Below, in pieces: positions 20,607 through 30,459 of a DNA stretch of 64,000 nucleotides (its first letter is position 1; every line of letters starts with the position of its first letter). Source of the stretch: Candidatus Freyarchaeum deiterrae (lineage in GTDB: Archaea; Asgardarchaeota; Jordiarchaeia; Jordiarchaeales; Jordiarchaeaceae); the NCBI GenBank assembly GCA_037305845.1, contig CP147778.1, positions 1,696,001-1,760,000 on the forward strand. Reading direction: 5' to 3'. A model generated the notes under the pieces. It made no database searches. It saw only the letters and a program-made list of their open reading frames with translations, and was not told where the DNA came from. A program made the translations under genes and the position numbers.

Positions 20607-21398
20607 TCAGTCTAGAGCGGTTCCGCATTGCGGACAGAATCTTGCCACACGTGGTAGGCGGATTCCACACATTGGGCAGAAAAATTGTTGCTCATTCTCT
20701 GTTTCTTGAATCTTGTCGAAGTTTATTAAGTACTGAAAGAGATTTTTGAGAAACTGCGGATAAGGCTTTGTGAAATTGATTTCACTGGTTCCTACAAACA
20801 CTCCTTTTCCTAGCTTGGAGCAAACTAATACTGGAGTTATGATTTGGTAGGTTTTTACCAGTTTGACGGATTCGCTCATATTTTGTTTATATTTTGTGGT
20901 GTCCTTTCTGACTCTATTCACTATTACCTCCACGTTGGGCTCTACAGTGTATCCTCCGCTGGCACCGAGTGTTTCCACGTTTCTTAATAGGGGGTGTGTG
21001 CTTTGCCAAGTGATTTTTAGTCTCTCATCTATTAGAAAGCCCTTGTAATCTATTACGCCAAAATTTTTGAGTAGTTTACTGAATCCATTATCCTTAGTGA
21101 TCCCGCGTCCAATAGCTATGATAACCTTCCCCCCCTCCTCGACGAATCGGGTAATATCTTCTATTTCTGCTGCTGCAAAGGCATCCTGTTCACCGAATGG
21201 ATTCCCTATAATTAGAATGACGCAATCCTTCAAAACGCCTAACCTTATAGGTCGCGTTCTTATAGAAAAGAAGTTTATACCATTTGTAAGAAGAGCTATT
21301 GTTTTCTCCATTTTACTAAGTGTAATTCGCTCATTGTGTGATTCGTCGAGAAATATTTTTACCATATTATTAACCTTTTTCCGAAGAATTATATACAT
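20607..21398 (-). CDS. Hypothetical protein: GIFT/DUF4350-like domain plus C-terminal double Zn ribbon
   Basis: IFLDESHNE, EIEDITRFVEEGG; CPMCG...FCPQCG. Confidence 0.55.
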   Translation of the reverse strand: MYIILRKKVNNMVKIFLDESHNERITLSKMEKTIALLTNGINFFSIRTRPIRLGVLKDCVILIIGNPFGEQDAFAAAEIEDITRFVEEGGKVIIAIGRGITKDNGFSKLLKNFGVIDYKGFLIDERLKITWQSTHPLLRNVETLGASGGYTVEPNVEVIVNRVRKDTTKYKQNMSESVKLVKTYQIITPVLVCSKLGKGVFVGTSEINFTKPYPQFLKNLFQYLINFDKIQETENEQQFFCPMCGIRLPRVARFCPQCGTALD

Positions 21399-21483
21399 TT
21401 TCGATTCGGCAAAAATAACTTGACGCTTACTGGCTATTGGCGGGTTTCAATGGTTTCTGTGCTGATTGTTTTAGTGATATGGT

Positions 21484-21771
21484 TTAATGAGTTTTTTTCA
21501 ACTTTTTTATATCCTCTAGGAACTTTAGTAGTATTTTCGCTTTTTCATTTTCCTCGTTTAGTCTAACGATTCTCATCTGTTTCCATCTTGTTATTTCTTC
21601 AACCAAGTCTTGGTCTAAAAGTTGTTTTATGACTCTGCCTACGGTGCTATGTGCTACCTTTTCACGTTCTGCGATTTCTGATAGGTTGAATGCTTTGCCT
21701 TTGTTTTCAAGTAAAAACTGCAACACTCGGGTTTGGGCTTGGCTACTAAAAATCTCCTCTAATTCTCTCAA
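21484..21771 (-). CDS. Winged-helix HTH protein
   Basis: FNLSEIAEREKVAHSTVGRVIKQL. Confidence 0.8.
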   Translation of the reverse strand: MRELEEIFSSQAQTRVLQFLLENKGKAFNLSEIAEREKVAHSTVGRVIKQLLDQDLVEEITRWKQMRIVRLNEENEKAKILLKFLEDIKKLKKTH

Positions 21772-21788
21772 TACTATTCACACCTGCT

Positions 21789-22478
21789 TCAGTATACGAT
21801 GCGTGTTCCTACATTCCCTCCAGCAATTATCTTTAGTATATTTTTAGGATCCTCTCCGTTGATTATCCATGTGGGGATTTTTGATCTCTCCAAAATCTTC
21901 AATGCGACAATGTCGAATAGTTCATATTTGCCTGCAAAAAAGCCTTTATCCTTACTTATCTCCTGAATTTCCTTAACTGTAACTCGGTCTAATTTTTGGG
22001 CATTTGGATCTTTCTTTGGGTCTCTGGTGTAAACACCATCTACGTTTGTTGCGTTTATTAATATGTCCGCTTTTATTCGCTCTGCGATGAGTGCCGCTAC
22101 TGCGTTGGTGGACTGTCCGGGTTGTAAACCGCCAACCACGACTATTTTTCCGGTGGCAGCGGCTTCTGCAACCTGTTGTAGAGTTTCTGGAATTGTGGGG
22201 TAAGCCTCTTTATCTAGAGCTCCAACCAATATTTGGGCGTTTAGTTGTGCAGCTCTTATTCCGATCTCATCGCATAGTCCTTCAGCAGCTCCTAGCTTAC
22301 GAGCGGCTTCGATATATTTCCTTGCGGTCTTACCACCGCCAACAACAATGGAGATTATCTCTGTGTTCTCTTTTCTAAGTTTTAGAATCACTTTGGCGTA
22401 TTCCTCAAATCTCTCTGTTCTTATGTTACCCTTCTCGTCTTGAATTAAGGAACCCCCTATTTTTAAAACGGTTCTCAT
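21789..22478 (-). CDS. pyrH: UMP kinase
   Basis: VLKIGGS, VVGGGKTARKYI, PGQSTNAVAA, NVDGVYTRDP. Confidence 0.95.
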   Translation of the reverse strand: MRTVLKIGGSLIQDEKGNIRTERFEEYAKVILKLRKENTEIISIVVGGGKTARKYIEAARKLGAAEGLCDEIGIRAAQLNAQILVGALDKEAYPTIPETLQQVAEAAATGKIVVVGGLQPGQSTNAVAALIAERIKADILINATNVDGVYTRDPKKDPNAQKLDRVTVKEIQEISKDKGFFAGKYELFDIVALKILERSKIPTWIINGEDPKNILKIIAGGNVGTRIVY

Positions 22479-22890
22479 TCTATTGCACCACTCTTTATTC
22501 AAAGTAAAGTATATTATCAAATAAACTTCTTTGTATATTCTTGATAATTCTCATATATCCATTTTTTTATCAGAAACTTCTACACGAAGTCCGTCTGTTT
22601 TAGAGAATGTGTCCAAAAATTCTAAGAAAAGTTTAAGACTGTTAGTGCATTTTCATAATATGTCTTAGTTTATTTGAAGTGTTCAGAAAATTACTAATAA
22701 TAAAACTTTCTCTTTAAAAAAGAGCAAAGTGACTACTAATCGGAAAGACTGAGAAAAAGTATATAGTGTGTAAAAGTAGAACTCAGATTTCGATCTTTTA
22801 AGTAGGGAAAACTCATGCAGGTTTGACTTTCTTTTCTGGAGATAGGTAGCCACTACTATTTTTTGTTTAACCAAATTATAGAAGATAAAG

Positions 22891-24168
22891 GTGTTAGCAT
22901 TGGAATCGGAAGAGAAGAAAAGGACATCATTTGAAAGGTACAAGTTGAAGCAGATGCTTGAAGTCTTAGAGAAAAAGAAAGGTTTTCACACCGAGCTAGT
23001 GTCTCTATACATACCGCCAGATAGGCAAATCAGCGATGTTACAAATTATCTCAAATCAGAATATGGAACGTCGTCAAACATCAAGTCGAAGTCTACTAGG
23101 AAAAACGTGATGGATGCTATTTCAAAACTTTTAGCTCTACTTAAAAACGTTCCTAAACCGCCACCAACAGGTCTAGTTGTTTTCTGCGGGGCGATTCCCA
23201 CTAACGGTCAGGGTACAGAGAGAATGGAGATGACCACTATTGTTCCACCCGAACCTATTAAAATCTATAAATATCATTGCGATAACCAATTTTTCCTAGA
23301 TCCTCTCAAGGAGATGCTGGCTGAGAAAGAAACCTATGCTCTTATAGTTATTGATAGATCCGAAGCGGATTTCGCTATGCTGAAAGGAAGCCATTTGGAT
23401 ATTCTTAAAAAAATCACTTCCGGTGCCCCAGGAAAACATGATGCTGGAGGTCAGTCACAAAGAAGATTTGAAAGGCTAATTGAACAGGCTGGGCATGAAT
23501 TTTTCAAACGAGCCGGAGATTACGCCAACGAATTTTTCCTCCCAATTCCCGACCTGAAAGGATTACTAATAGGGGGGCCTGGTCAGTCCAAGGATAAATT
23601 CACAGAAGGCAGCTATCTTGACTATCGTTTAAAGAATGTCATTCTCGGGACTGTTGATATATCATATACGGGAAGCTCTGGAATTGATGAGTTAATTGAC
23701 CGATCCCAGGATATACTTCAAAACGTCCGATACTCTGAAGAGAAAGGTTTTGTGCAAAAGTTTCTAACAATGCTTGTAAAAGATGATAGCCTAGTAACCT
23801 ACGGTGAAAGACAAGTTCGAGAAGCCCTTGCTAGAGGCGCTGTAGGCACCTTACTGCTATCCGAAGATCTTGACACATTACACGTTACGATTAGTTGCTC
23901 TAACTGCAATTATAAAGAAGAACTGACAATTAAAAAAGTCCAATTACCTCCGCTGGAACAAGAAATTCATAATAAGAGCTGCCCTAAATGCTCCAGTTCT
24001 CTGTTATCAATTGAAACAGTAAAACCATTAATCGATGAACTGGGGGAGCTTGCTGAACAAACAGGAGCAAACGTGGAAGTAATCTCCTCAGAGACAGAAG
24101 AAGGACAACAGCTGAAGCAGGCATTCGGCGGCATCGCGGCATTGTTACGTTATAGTGTAAATAGTTAA
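22891..24168 (+). CDS. prf1: Peptide chain release factor aRF1
   Basis: NIKS, YHCDNQF, GGQS, AFGGIAALLRY; Zn-finger insertion in domain 3. Confidence 0.97.
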   Translation: MLALESEEKKRTSFERYKLKQMLEVLEKKKGFHTELVSLYIPPDRQISDVTNYLKSEYGTSSNIKSKSTRKNVMDAISKLLALLKNVPKPPPTGLVVFCGAIPTNGQGTERMEMTTIVPPEPIKIYKYHCDNQFFLDPLKEMLAEKETYALIVIDRSEADFAMLKGSHLDILKKITSGAPGKHDAGGQSQRRFERLIEQAGHEFFKRAGDYANEFFLPIPDLKGLLIGGPGQSKDKFTEGSYLDYRLKNVILGTVDISYTGSSGIDELIDRSQDILQNVRYSEEKGFVQKFLTMLVKDDSLVTYGERQVREALARGAVGTLLLSEDLDTLHVTISCSNCNYKEELTIKKVQLPPLEQEIHNKSCPKCSSSLLSIETVKPLIDELGELAEQTGANVEVISSETEEGQQLKQAFGGIAALLRYSVNS

Positions 24169-24727
24169 TCTATTAGCCTAAGAAAAATATCGTTAAAAAA
24201 AATTTTTTCAAATCCTTTTTCAGCGGCGTTAAATGATTCAAGTATTTTAGATATTACGAAAATTAAAAGGAGTGAAAGAGGAGAGAAGAGTTCTCTCCTC
24301 GGGAAATGTCGTTCGGGGGTCTCCTTATTGGATGGTGGTGGGGGCATGATTTTTTTGTTGGTAGGGGGTTATCATGATACTGTAGCTTAGCTACAAACAT
24401 TATTATTATGTATAATTTATGTTGTTCCACTACATAAATATTTTGGTTTCCATAGTCAAAATTAATATCGTTCAAAAAAGGTTTCATTATATATATCCTT
24501 TTTATAAATTTAAAATGTTAAAACATACTATATTTTTGGATAATGTATTAAAGCGACAGAAAAACTTAAATTTTGAAAAAATAAGCCTATCTTTATAAAG
24601 TAGTAGCCTACTACACTTTCACAATCCACAGAACGAGGGAAAAAAGCAGAAATTCTTAAACTACAAAATGAAGAATTTCTAATATCTTTGGAACTCCAAT
24701 TCTGTGCAGCAAAAAAAAGTGATTATA

Positions 24728-25549
24728 ATGAGCACGGTCGAAAAAGAAAAAGTATTAGACCTTATGCAAAAGGTCGGATTCACAGATTATGAAGCCAGAG
24801 TATACATAACACTGGTTACCGAAGGCTCCCTAAACCCTACACAGCTATCAAACCTCTCGGGAGTCCCTCGGCCAAATGTCTATGCAGTTCTGAAAAAACT
24901 AATGAGAAGAGGATTTGCAGAGAGGGAAGCTGTGAAACGCGCCCCCCTCTACTCCGCAGTCCCACCAGATATAGTCCTATCGAACATAAAAGAAGACATG
25001 AAAAACAGAGAACAACACACCGACACCCTAAAAAAATGGTTCCAAGAAGGACTGGTCGTTGCACCAGGAAGAACACCAACCGCTTGGTTAATAGACGGAG
25101 AAAAGAGAATAAACGAAATAGCCGAAGAACTACTTGAACGCTCAAAAAACCGCATCCACACCATAATAACACCAACAATATTCAAATCAAACAAGGAACC
25201 GAACATCATATTCAAAACACTGGAAGAAAAAGCTGAACAAAACGTCGAAATCATAGCTGGATGGAACATTGAAAAAAGCACTCTAGAAATAGCACAAAGG
25301 CTAAGCCGCCACGGGACAATATACCACTGGTCACTCGGAGAGACTCCCATAGGAACTTACATAGTAGATGGAAAGGACTGCTTAGTTACCTTTATAGGAA
25401 AATGGGAACCACTACTCGTATACGATCTAGGAATATGGATCAGAAACCCGACATACGTAAAACCATTCGAATACCTAACAGAAAGACTGCTATCACTCAA
25501 CACACCCGCAAAAAAAAGGATAGAAGAACTGAAAAAACAACAAACATAA
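24728..25549 (+). CDS. TrmB-family transcriptional regulator
   Basis: GFTDYEARVY, SGVPRPNVYAVLKKL, YSAVPP; C-terminal effector domain. Confidence 0.88.
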   Translation: MSTVEKEKVLDLMQKVGFTDYEARVYITLVTEGSLNPTQLSNLSGVPRPNVYAVLKKLMRRGFAEREAVKRAPLYSAVPPDIVLSNIKEDMKNREQHTDTLKKWFQEGLVVAPGRTPTAWLIDGEKRINEIAEELLERSKNRIHTIITPTIFKSNKEPNIIFKTLEEKAEQNVEIIAGWNIEKSTLEIAQRLSRHGTIYHWSLGETPIGTYIVDGKDCLVTFIGKWEPLLVYDLGIWIRNPTYVKPFEYLTERLLSLNTPAKKRIEELKKQQT

Positions 25550-25787
25550 AAACACAAAATAAAAAGCCTAAAGAATGCAAAGAAAACACGAAAACAGCTA
25601 AGCTTTGATTTTAACGTAAATAATCACCCCCTTAAAAGGCTAAAAAAGTGATTATTATCAAAAAATAGGGTTCAAGCCAAGCTCTTACAATAGGGCAACG
25701 AAAAGTACTTAAAAGTTTAACAATTAAGTATCATCTGAATACAAAAATTTTTTAAAAATTAAAAACCCTTACTCTGAGGCAATCTCC

Positions 25788-26330
25788 ATGCCCGAAGAAT
25801 CTGAAGAATTTATGTACAAAGTAGTAATAGTAGGAGACGAAAACGTAGGAAAAACCTCAATATTAGTAAGATATACAGAAAAAAAGTTCGTGGAGTCTTA
25901 CATCCCCACTCTTGGGACTGATTTCGCCGTTAAGGTTGTGGAGCTTGAGGGTAATGATAATACACGGAAATCGATTAAGTTGGCATGTTGGGATTTAGGT
26001 GGCCAAGAACAGTATCGGACTTTACGTAAGTTCTATTTAAGCGGTGCTCGTGGATGCATTATTGTTTTTGATGTAACTGATCTATCTTCTTTTGAACATA
26101 TTCTGAACTGGCATAAGGATGTTACTAACATTTGTGGTGAAGTTCCTTGTTTTCTTATCGGGAACAAGACAGATTTAAAAAAGGATAGACGGGTTTCCAA
26201 AGAAGTCAGTTCTGAGTTGGCTTCCAAACTGGGTTTAGAATTTTTCGAGACATCAGCTAAAACAGGAGAAAAAGTTGATGATGTTTTTGAGGTCATGGCG
26301 AGGAGACTGTATGAAACCTATATGACCTAA
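25788..26330 (+). CDS. Rab-like small GTPase (Ras superfamily)
   Basis: G1 GDENVGKTS, G2 PTLG, G3 WDLGGQ, G4 NKTD, G5 ETSAK. Confidence 0.92.
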   Translation: MPEESEEFMYKVVIVGDENVGKTSILVRYTEKKFVESYIPTLGTDFAVKVVELEGNDNTRKSIKLACWDLGGQEQYRTLRKFYLSGARGCIIVFDVTDLSSFEHILNWHKDVTNICGEVPCFLIGNKTDLKKDRRVSKEVSSELASKLGLEFFETSAKTGEKVDDVFEVMARRLYETYMT

Positions 26331-26396
26331 TTATATTTTATTTTTGGATAATTGTTTAGATACTATGTTCAACTGATAATAGTTTTTACTCTGTTT

Positions 26397-28856
26397 CTAT
26401 GTGATTTTTAGATGTATTTCTTTTTCGTCGATTTGGTAGGTTTTAAGGTTCTTCTCTAAGGGCTTTCGGTCTGTGAATGTGATTTGTTGTATGTTGTGCA
26501 TTTGTTTAAGGTCCGGTGAGTATGGTTCTAGTTCTTTAGGTAGATTGGCGTACTGTATTGGTTGTCTTAGAGACACTCCTGCTTCCTTTTTGGCTTTCCA
26601 TATGGCGGAGTTGGTTTTGATTATTAGTGGTGTTGTATCTTGGGTTTCTATTAGTTTGCGGTTGATTTTTGGGAATTCTTGATTGTGTATGCTCTCGCTG
26701 CTGTAGATGTTTCTCCATATGTAGTCTGTTATAAAGGGTGCGATTGGTGCCAGCAGTTTCAGTATTGTTCTGAGGCATTGATGAAGTATCCATTTGGCGT
26801 TCTCTTGTTCTGTTTCCGGAAAATCTCTGTTCCGGTTATAGGCTCTCGTTTTGATCATTTCTATTATATGGTTTGCGAAGGTGCTCCAGACAAAGTTGTA
26901 AATTGCTTCCGATCCTATGTGGAAGTCAAATGTTTCGTAACTTTCGGTCACCTTTTCAATTAGCTTGTTTAGCTCTGAGAGTATCCATTTGTCAGTGGCT
27001 TCAAGTCTGTACTCTCCTCTTTCAGGTTCTGGGAATGTAGATATGAATCTCGCAACATTGTACAACTTGTTAATGAACTTGCTTATTCCCTCTAGACGCT
27101 TTTCGTCAAATCTGACGTCGCTACCTAGGGATGAGCTTATTGCGCCGTATAATCTCACCGCATCCGCGCCGTATTTTTCGATTAGGGGTTCTGGAAAGAT
27201 TACGTTTCCGAGGCTCTTTGAAAGCTTCCTCCCCTCCGCATCCACCACATGTCCACTTATCCACACGTGTTTGAATGCGGGTTTTTTATAGAGCTGATAT
27301 ACTCGGAGTAGTGTGTAGCTCAGCCATGTGCCAATGATATCTCTACCCTGAGGCCGAATGTCTGACACATAGTCTTTCCCAACCTGCTTTTCAAAGAACT
27401 CTCTATCTTCTGACTCATATGGATACCTGATTATGTATAAGGGGCTGATTGAGGAGTCCATCCAAGTGTCCAGTGTACGCGTTTCGCCTTCAAATCCTTT
27501 GGTAGAGCCGCATTTTTTGCACTTTTTGAAAGGTGCTTTTTCTCTCCAAGGTTGATAATATTTTCCAGGTTCTGGTAAGTGTGGTTCTCCACACGATTTA
27601 CAGTACCATATCGGTATCTCCGTTCCATAATATCTCCGCCGAGATATTGGCCAATCCATACTAATTGAATTCAACCAATCAAGCCAGAGCTTTTTCGCAG
27701 AGGAAGGATGCCAAGTTATATCCTCAGTGAACTGCCTTAACGGGTCAATAAAATCCAACTGTTTGAGATAGTACTCTTTCATTCCCACAAACTCTATGGG
27801 TGTTTTACTTCTCCAGCATATCGGTTGACTCTGCTCCACTTCCTCCTTCTTTATTAAGAGCCCTTCCCCTTCTAAATCTTTAATAATAGCTTTCCTCGCT
27901 TCTTCCACTTTCATACCATTGTACTTGCCAGCTGCTTCCGTCATGTAGCCATCCTTGTCAATAGAATAAGTGGGTTCAAGATTTAATTCCCTGAATAGCC
28001 GTAAATCGGTCACATCTCCATAGGAGCAAACCATTTCTACTCCAGTGCCAAACTCTGGTTTAGCTGAGGGATGCGGAATGATACTAACCTCTTTGTTATA
28101 AAATGGTGTGACTGCAGTTTTCTCATGTAAATGCTTATGCCTCTCATCATCTGGATTAACTAGAACCGCACCACATGCACATATTAGTTCGGGTCTGGTC
28201 GTAGCGATACCCAGTTTCTCACCGGTCTCCTTAACTTTAAAACTGATTGTAAAAAGACCAGTCGCCCGGTCTCTACGTTCTACCTCCGCATCTGCAATAA
28301 CTGTTTGGCAATCGGTACACCAACTGTTCGGGCGGTCATCCTCGTAAATTAGTCCCTCGTTCCAAAGCTGAATAAAGGTTGCCTGCGTCAAAGCACGATA
28401 AGTCGCATGGTCAGTTTTGTATATCTCCTCCCACTTCCAAGAATTATTCGAAAAACCAAGCCCCTTACAAATACCCAGAATGGAATCTCCGACCTTATCG
28501 AGGTACTCCTTACACTTAGCAATAAAATCCTCCCGCGGGGTCTCCCGCATCTTAATCCCAAACTCCTTCTCCACACTAACCTCAACGGGCAACCCGTTAC
28601 GATCCAAACCAAACTTATAGAGAACCCCGTACCCCTTCATCCTCATAAAACGAGCAATATAATCAATCGCAGAGTAGTGAACAGCACCACCAACATGCCA
28701 TCTCCCAGAAACATAAGGAGGAGGATTATCAATAATAAAAATAGGCTTACCACTATCCTTCTCAAATTTGTAAACTCCCTCAGTCTGCCAAAGATCCCAA
28801 ATCTCAGACTCCTTACTGAGATCCCACTTATTACTCTTAAGACTAGGTTCACTCAA
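26397..28856 (-). CDS. valS: Valine--tRNA ligase (archaeal type)
   Basis: DNPPPYVSGRWHVG, DWPISRRRYYG, DTWMDSS, KLSKSLGN. Confidence 0.93.
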   Translation of the reverse strand: MSEPSLKSNKWDLSKESEIWDLWQTEGVYKFEKDSGKPIFIIDNPPPYVSGRWHVGGAVHYSAIDYIARFMRMKGYGVLYKFGLDRNGLPVEVSVEKEFGIKMRETPREDFIAKCKEYLDKVGDSILGICKGLGFSNNSWKWEEIYKTDHATYRALTQATFIQLWNEGLIYEDDRPNSWCTDCQTVIADAEVERRDRATGLFTISFKVKETGEKLGIATTRPELICACGAVLVNPDDERHKHLHEKTAVTPFYNKEVSIIPHPSAKPEFGTGVEMVCSYGDVTDLRLFRELNLEPTYSIDKDGYMTEAAGKYNGMKVEEARKAIIKDLEGEGLLIKKEEVEQSQPICWRSKTPIEFVGMKEYYLKQLDFIDPLRQFTEDITWHPSSAKKLWLDWLNSISMDWPISRRRYYGTEIPIWYCKSCGEPHLPEPGKYYQPWREKAPFKKCKKCGSTKGFEGETRTLDTWMDSSISPLYIIRYPYESEDREFFEKQVGKDYVSDIRPQGRDIIGTWLSYTLLRVYQLYKKPAFKHVWISGHVVDAEGRKLSKSLGNVIFPEPLIEKYGADAVRLYGAISSSLGSDVRFDEKRLEGISKFINKLYNVARFISTFPEPERGEYRLEATDKWILSELNKLIEKVTESYETFDFHIGSEAIYNFVWSTFANHIIEMIKTRAYNRNRDFPETEQENAKWILHQCLRTILKLLAPIAPFITDYIWRNIYSSESIHNQEFPKINRKLIETQDTTPLIIKTNSAIWKAKKEAGVSLRQPIQYANLPKELEPYSPDLKQMHNIQQITFTDRKPLEKNLKTYQIDEKEIHLKIT

Positions 28857-29051
28857 TTCAAATACCCTCTACACACTGTATTAATTTAACCAATTGACAA
28901 TCGCCAGACCAAACAATCAACTATATTATATTCTCCAAAATCATAAGCAAAAATGCTTTAAATAGTTTAGGGAGAAAGAACTTTATAATTGGAAAAATTA
29001 AAATACCACAAAAATATAAAAAGACCACAGCAGAAAAAAAGACGAATAGTC

Positions 29052-29167
29052 GGGCCCTTAACTCAGCTGGTAGACCCTTAAAAAGCCTTTTAAGGAACGC
29101 CAGGAGTACCTGATTCGCATTCAGAAAATTCAGGAAGCCGCGAGTTCGAATCTCGCAGGGTCCACCA
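29052..29167 (+). tRNA. tRNA-Ala(CGC) with introns at 22/23 (29074-29104) and 37/38 (29120-29128, 9 nt)
   Basis: Acceptor GGGCCCT/AGGGTCC with G3:U70, encoded CCA; anticodon arm CCTGA-TT-CGC-AT-TCAGG after splicing. Confidence 0.88.
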
Positions 29168-29312
29168 CTTTTTTACTCCCGTCATGTTATCAAGACTTGA
29201 TCTAACAAGTTCTCTATTTTTAAGTGGCAAAACATTATCGGAGAATATTTCGCAAATTAAATGCGTTAAGTGAAATTTGCTTAAAGCTAGAATTTAGCAA
29301 AAATTAGATAAG

Positions 29313-29443
29313 TGGTGGACCCAGTGGGAGACTCGCCGTTGAGAGTTACCTCAACCGATTCGAACCCACGGCCGACTGGCTGCAAACCAGTCGCTTTAAG
29401 CTTGCGCTTACTTAAGCGGAATCTACCGCTGAGCTATGGGCCC
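29313..29443 (-). tRNA. tRNA-Ala(UGC) with introns at 22/23 (29396-29422) and 59/60 (29330-29358)
   Basis: Acceptor GGGCCCA/TGGGTCC+ACCA; anticodon arm ACTGG-TT-TGC-AG-CCAGT; T-loop BHB central helix ttcg/cgag. Confidence 0.9.
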
Positions 29444-29697
29444 ATTTTTTTCTTGTTATTTTAGTTTCTGTTGTGGTATTTTAGCTTTTCGAAAAGCTAA
29501 GTTCCTCTTATTCAGACACAAATAACTAATCCTCTTGAGACTATTTTTGTGTTCATCTTGATGTTCTTTGATCCCTACATTATTTTAGCCAAAGAAAAAT
29601 ATCACTAAGAACGCGTTTAAAAAACTTTTTATTGTTGAAGAAATAAACAAGCTAACTTTTGATATGAGTGTATAATTTTTGGGATTTTGTATAGTTT

Positions 29698-30249
29698 TTA
29701 TTTTAGGATTACATAGGTGATTGTTTTTGTGACTCCTTTAACTTTTTTAAGTTCGTCGAGGCGTTTGTTTAGTTCTGCTACGTCTTTGCTTTCTATGAAT
29801 GCAACTATGTCGTGTTTGCCGCTTATTTCGTAGATTTTTTTGACCGCTGGATTTTTTAACAGAGCTTGGGCGACTTTGGAGGTCTGGTATCCGGTGCTGG
29901 AGATGACCATAACCATTGTTTGAATCTCTTTTGGGGTTTCTTCTTTGCGTTTAATGCACATTTCGGTTAGGATTATTCGTGTTTCCGTGGATGCGACGCC
30001 TTTGGTTTCTCTGATTAGGTCTACGCTTTCGTTTAGTTCCTTAATTGATTTGGCTTTTACGAAGGCTACGGCGTCGAACTCGCCGCTGACCTCGTTTATG
30101 CTCGTTACCCCTGGTATCTCAGAGATGTCTTTGATTATATTGTTGGAGCTGCCGCCTGCAGCCGTGTCCACCATCACTAGGGCTTCTACTCCTTCAGGGG
30201 TTCGTAAACATAGATCCGCAGAAACAGTATCAGACATAGATTTCACCAA
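29698..30249 (-). CDS. Tandem Lrp/AsnC ligand-binding domain protein (no HTH)
   Basis: Two repeats of E(V/I)SGxxD(A/I)VAF...ELN...GVxxTxT. Confidence 0.8.
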   Translation of the reverse strand: MVKSMSDTVSADLCLRTPEGVEALVMVDTAAGGSSNNIIKDISEIPGVTSINEVSGEFDAVAFVKAKSIKELNESVDLIRETKGVASTETRIILTEMCIKRKEETPKEIQTMVMVISSTGYQTSKVAQALLKNPAVKKIYEISGKHDIVAFIESKDVAELNKRLDELKKVKGVTKTITYVILK

Positions 30250-30459
30250 TCTTTTTTAATCTACAATCAAGTTTGTAACTCCCCCCATAAATATAACACT
30301 TTTCCAAGTCATAGCATGAAAACTTGTTTTGCCTAAGGAGGATTGAAGTGGATACTTTACTCCTGCAATTTTAACGCGTCAAGCTAGTCGCCTTCTAAGT
30401 AAATTCCTCATGTATTAACATGGAAGGTAGTTAGTTTTAATTAGACCTGAATTTGTTTC

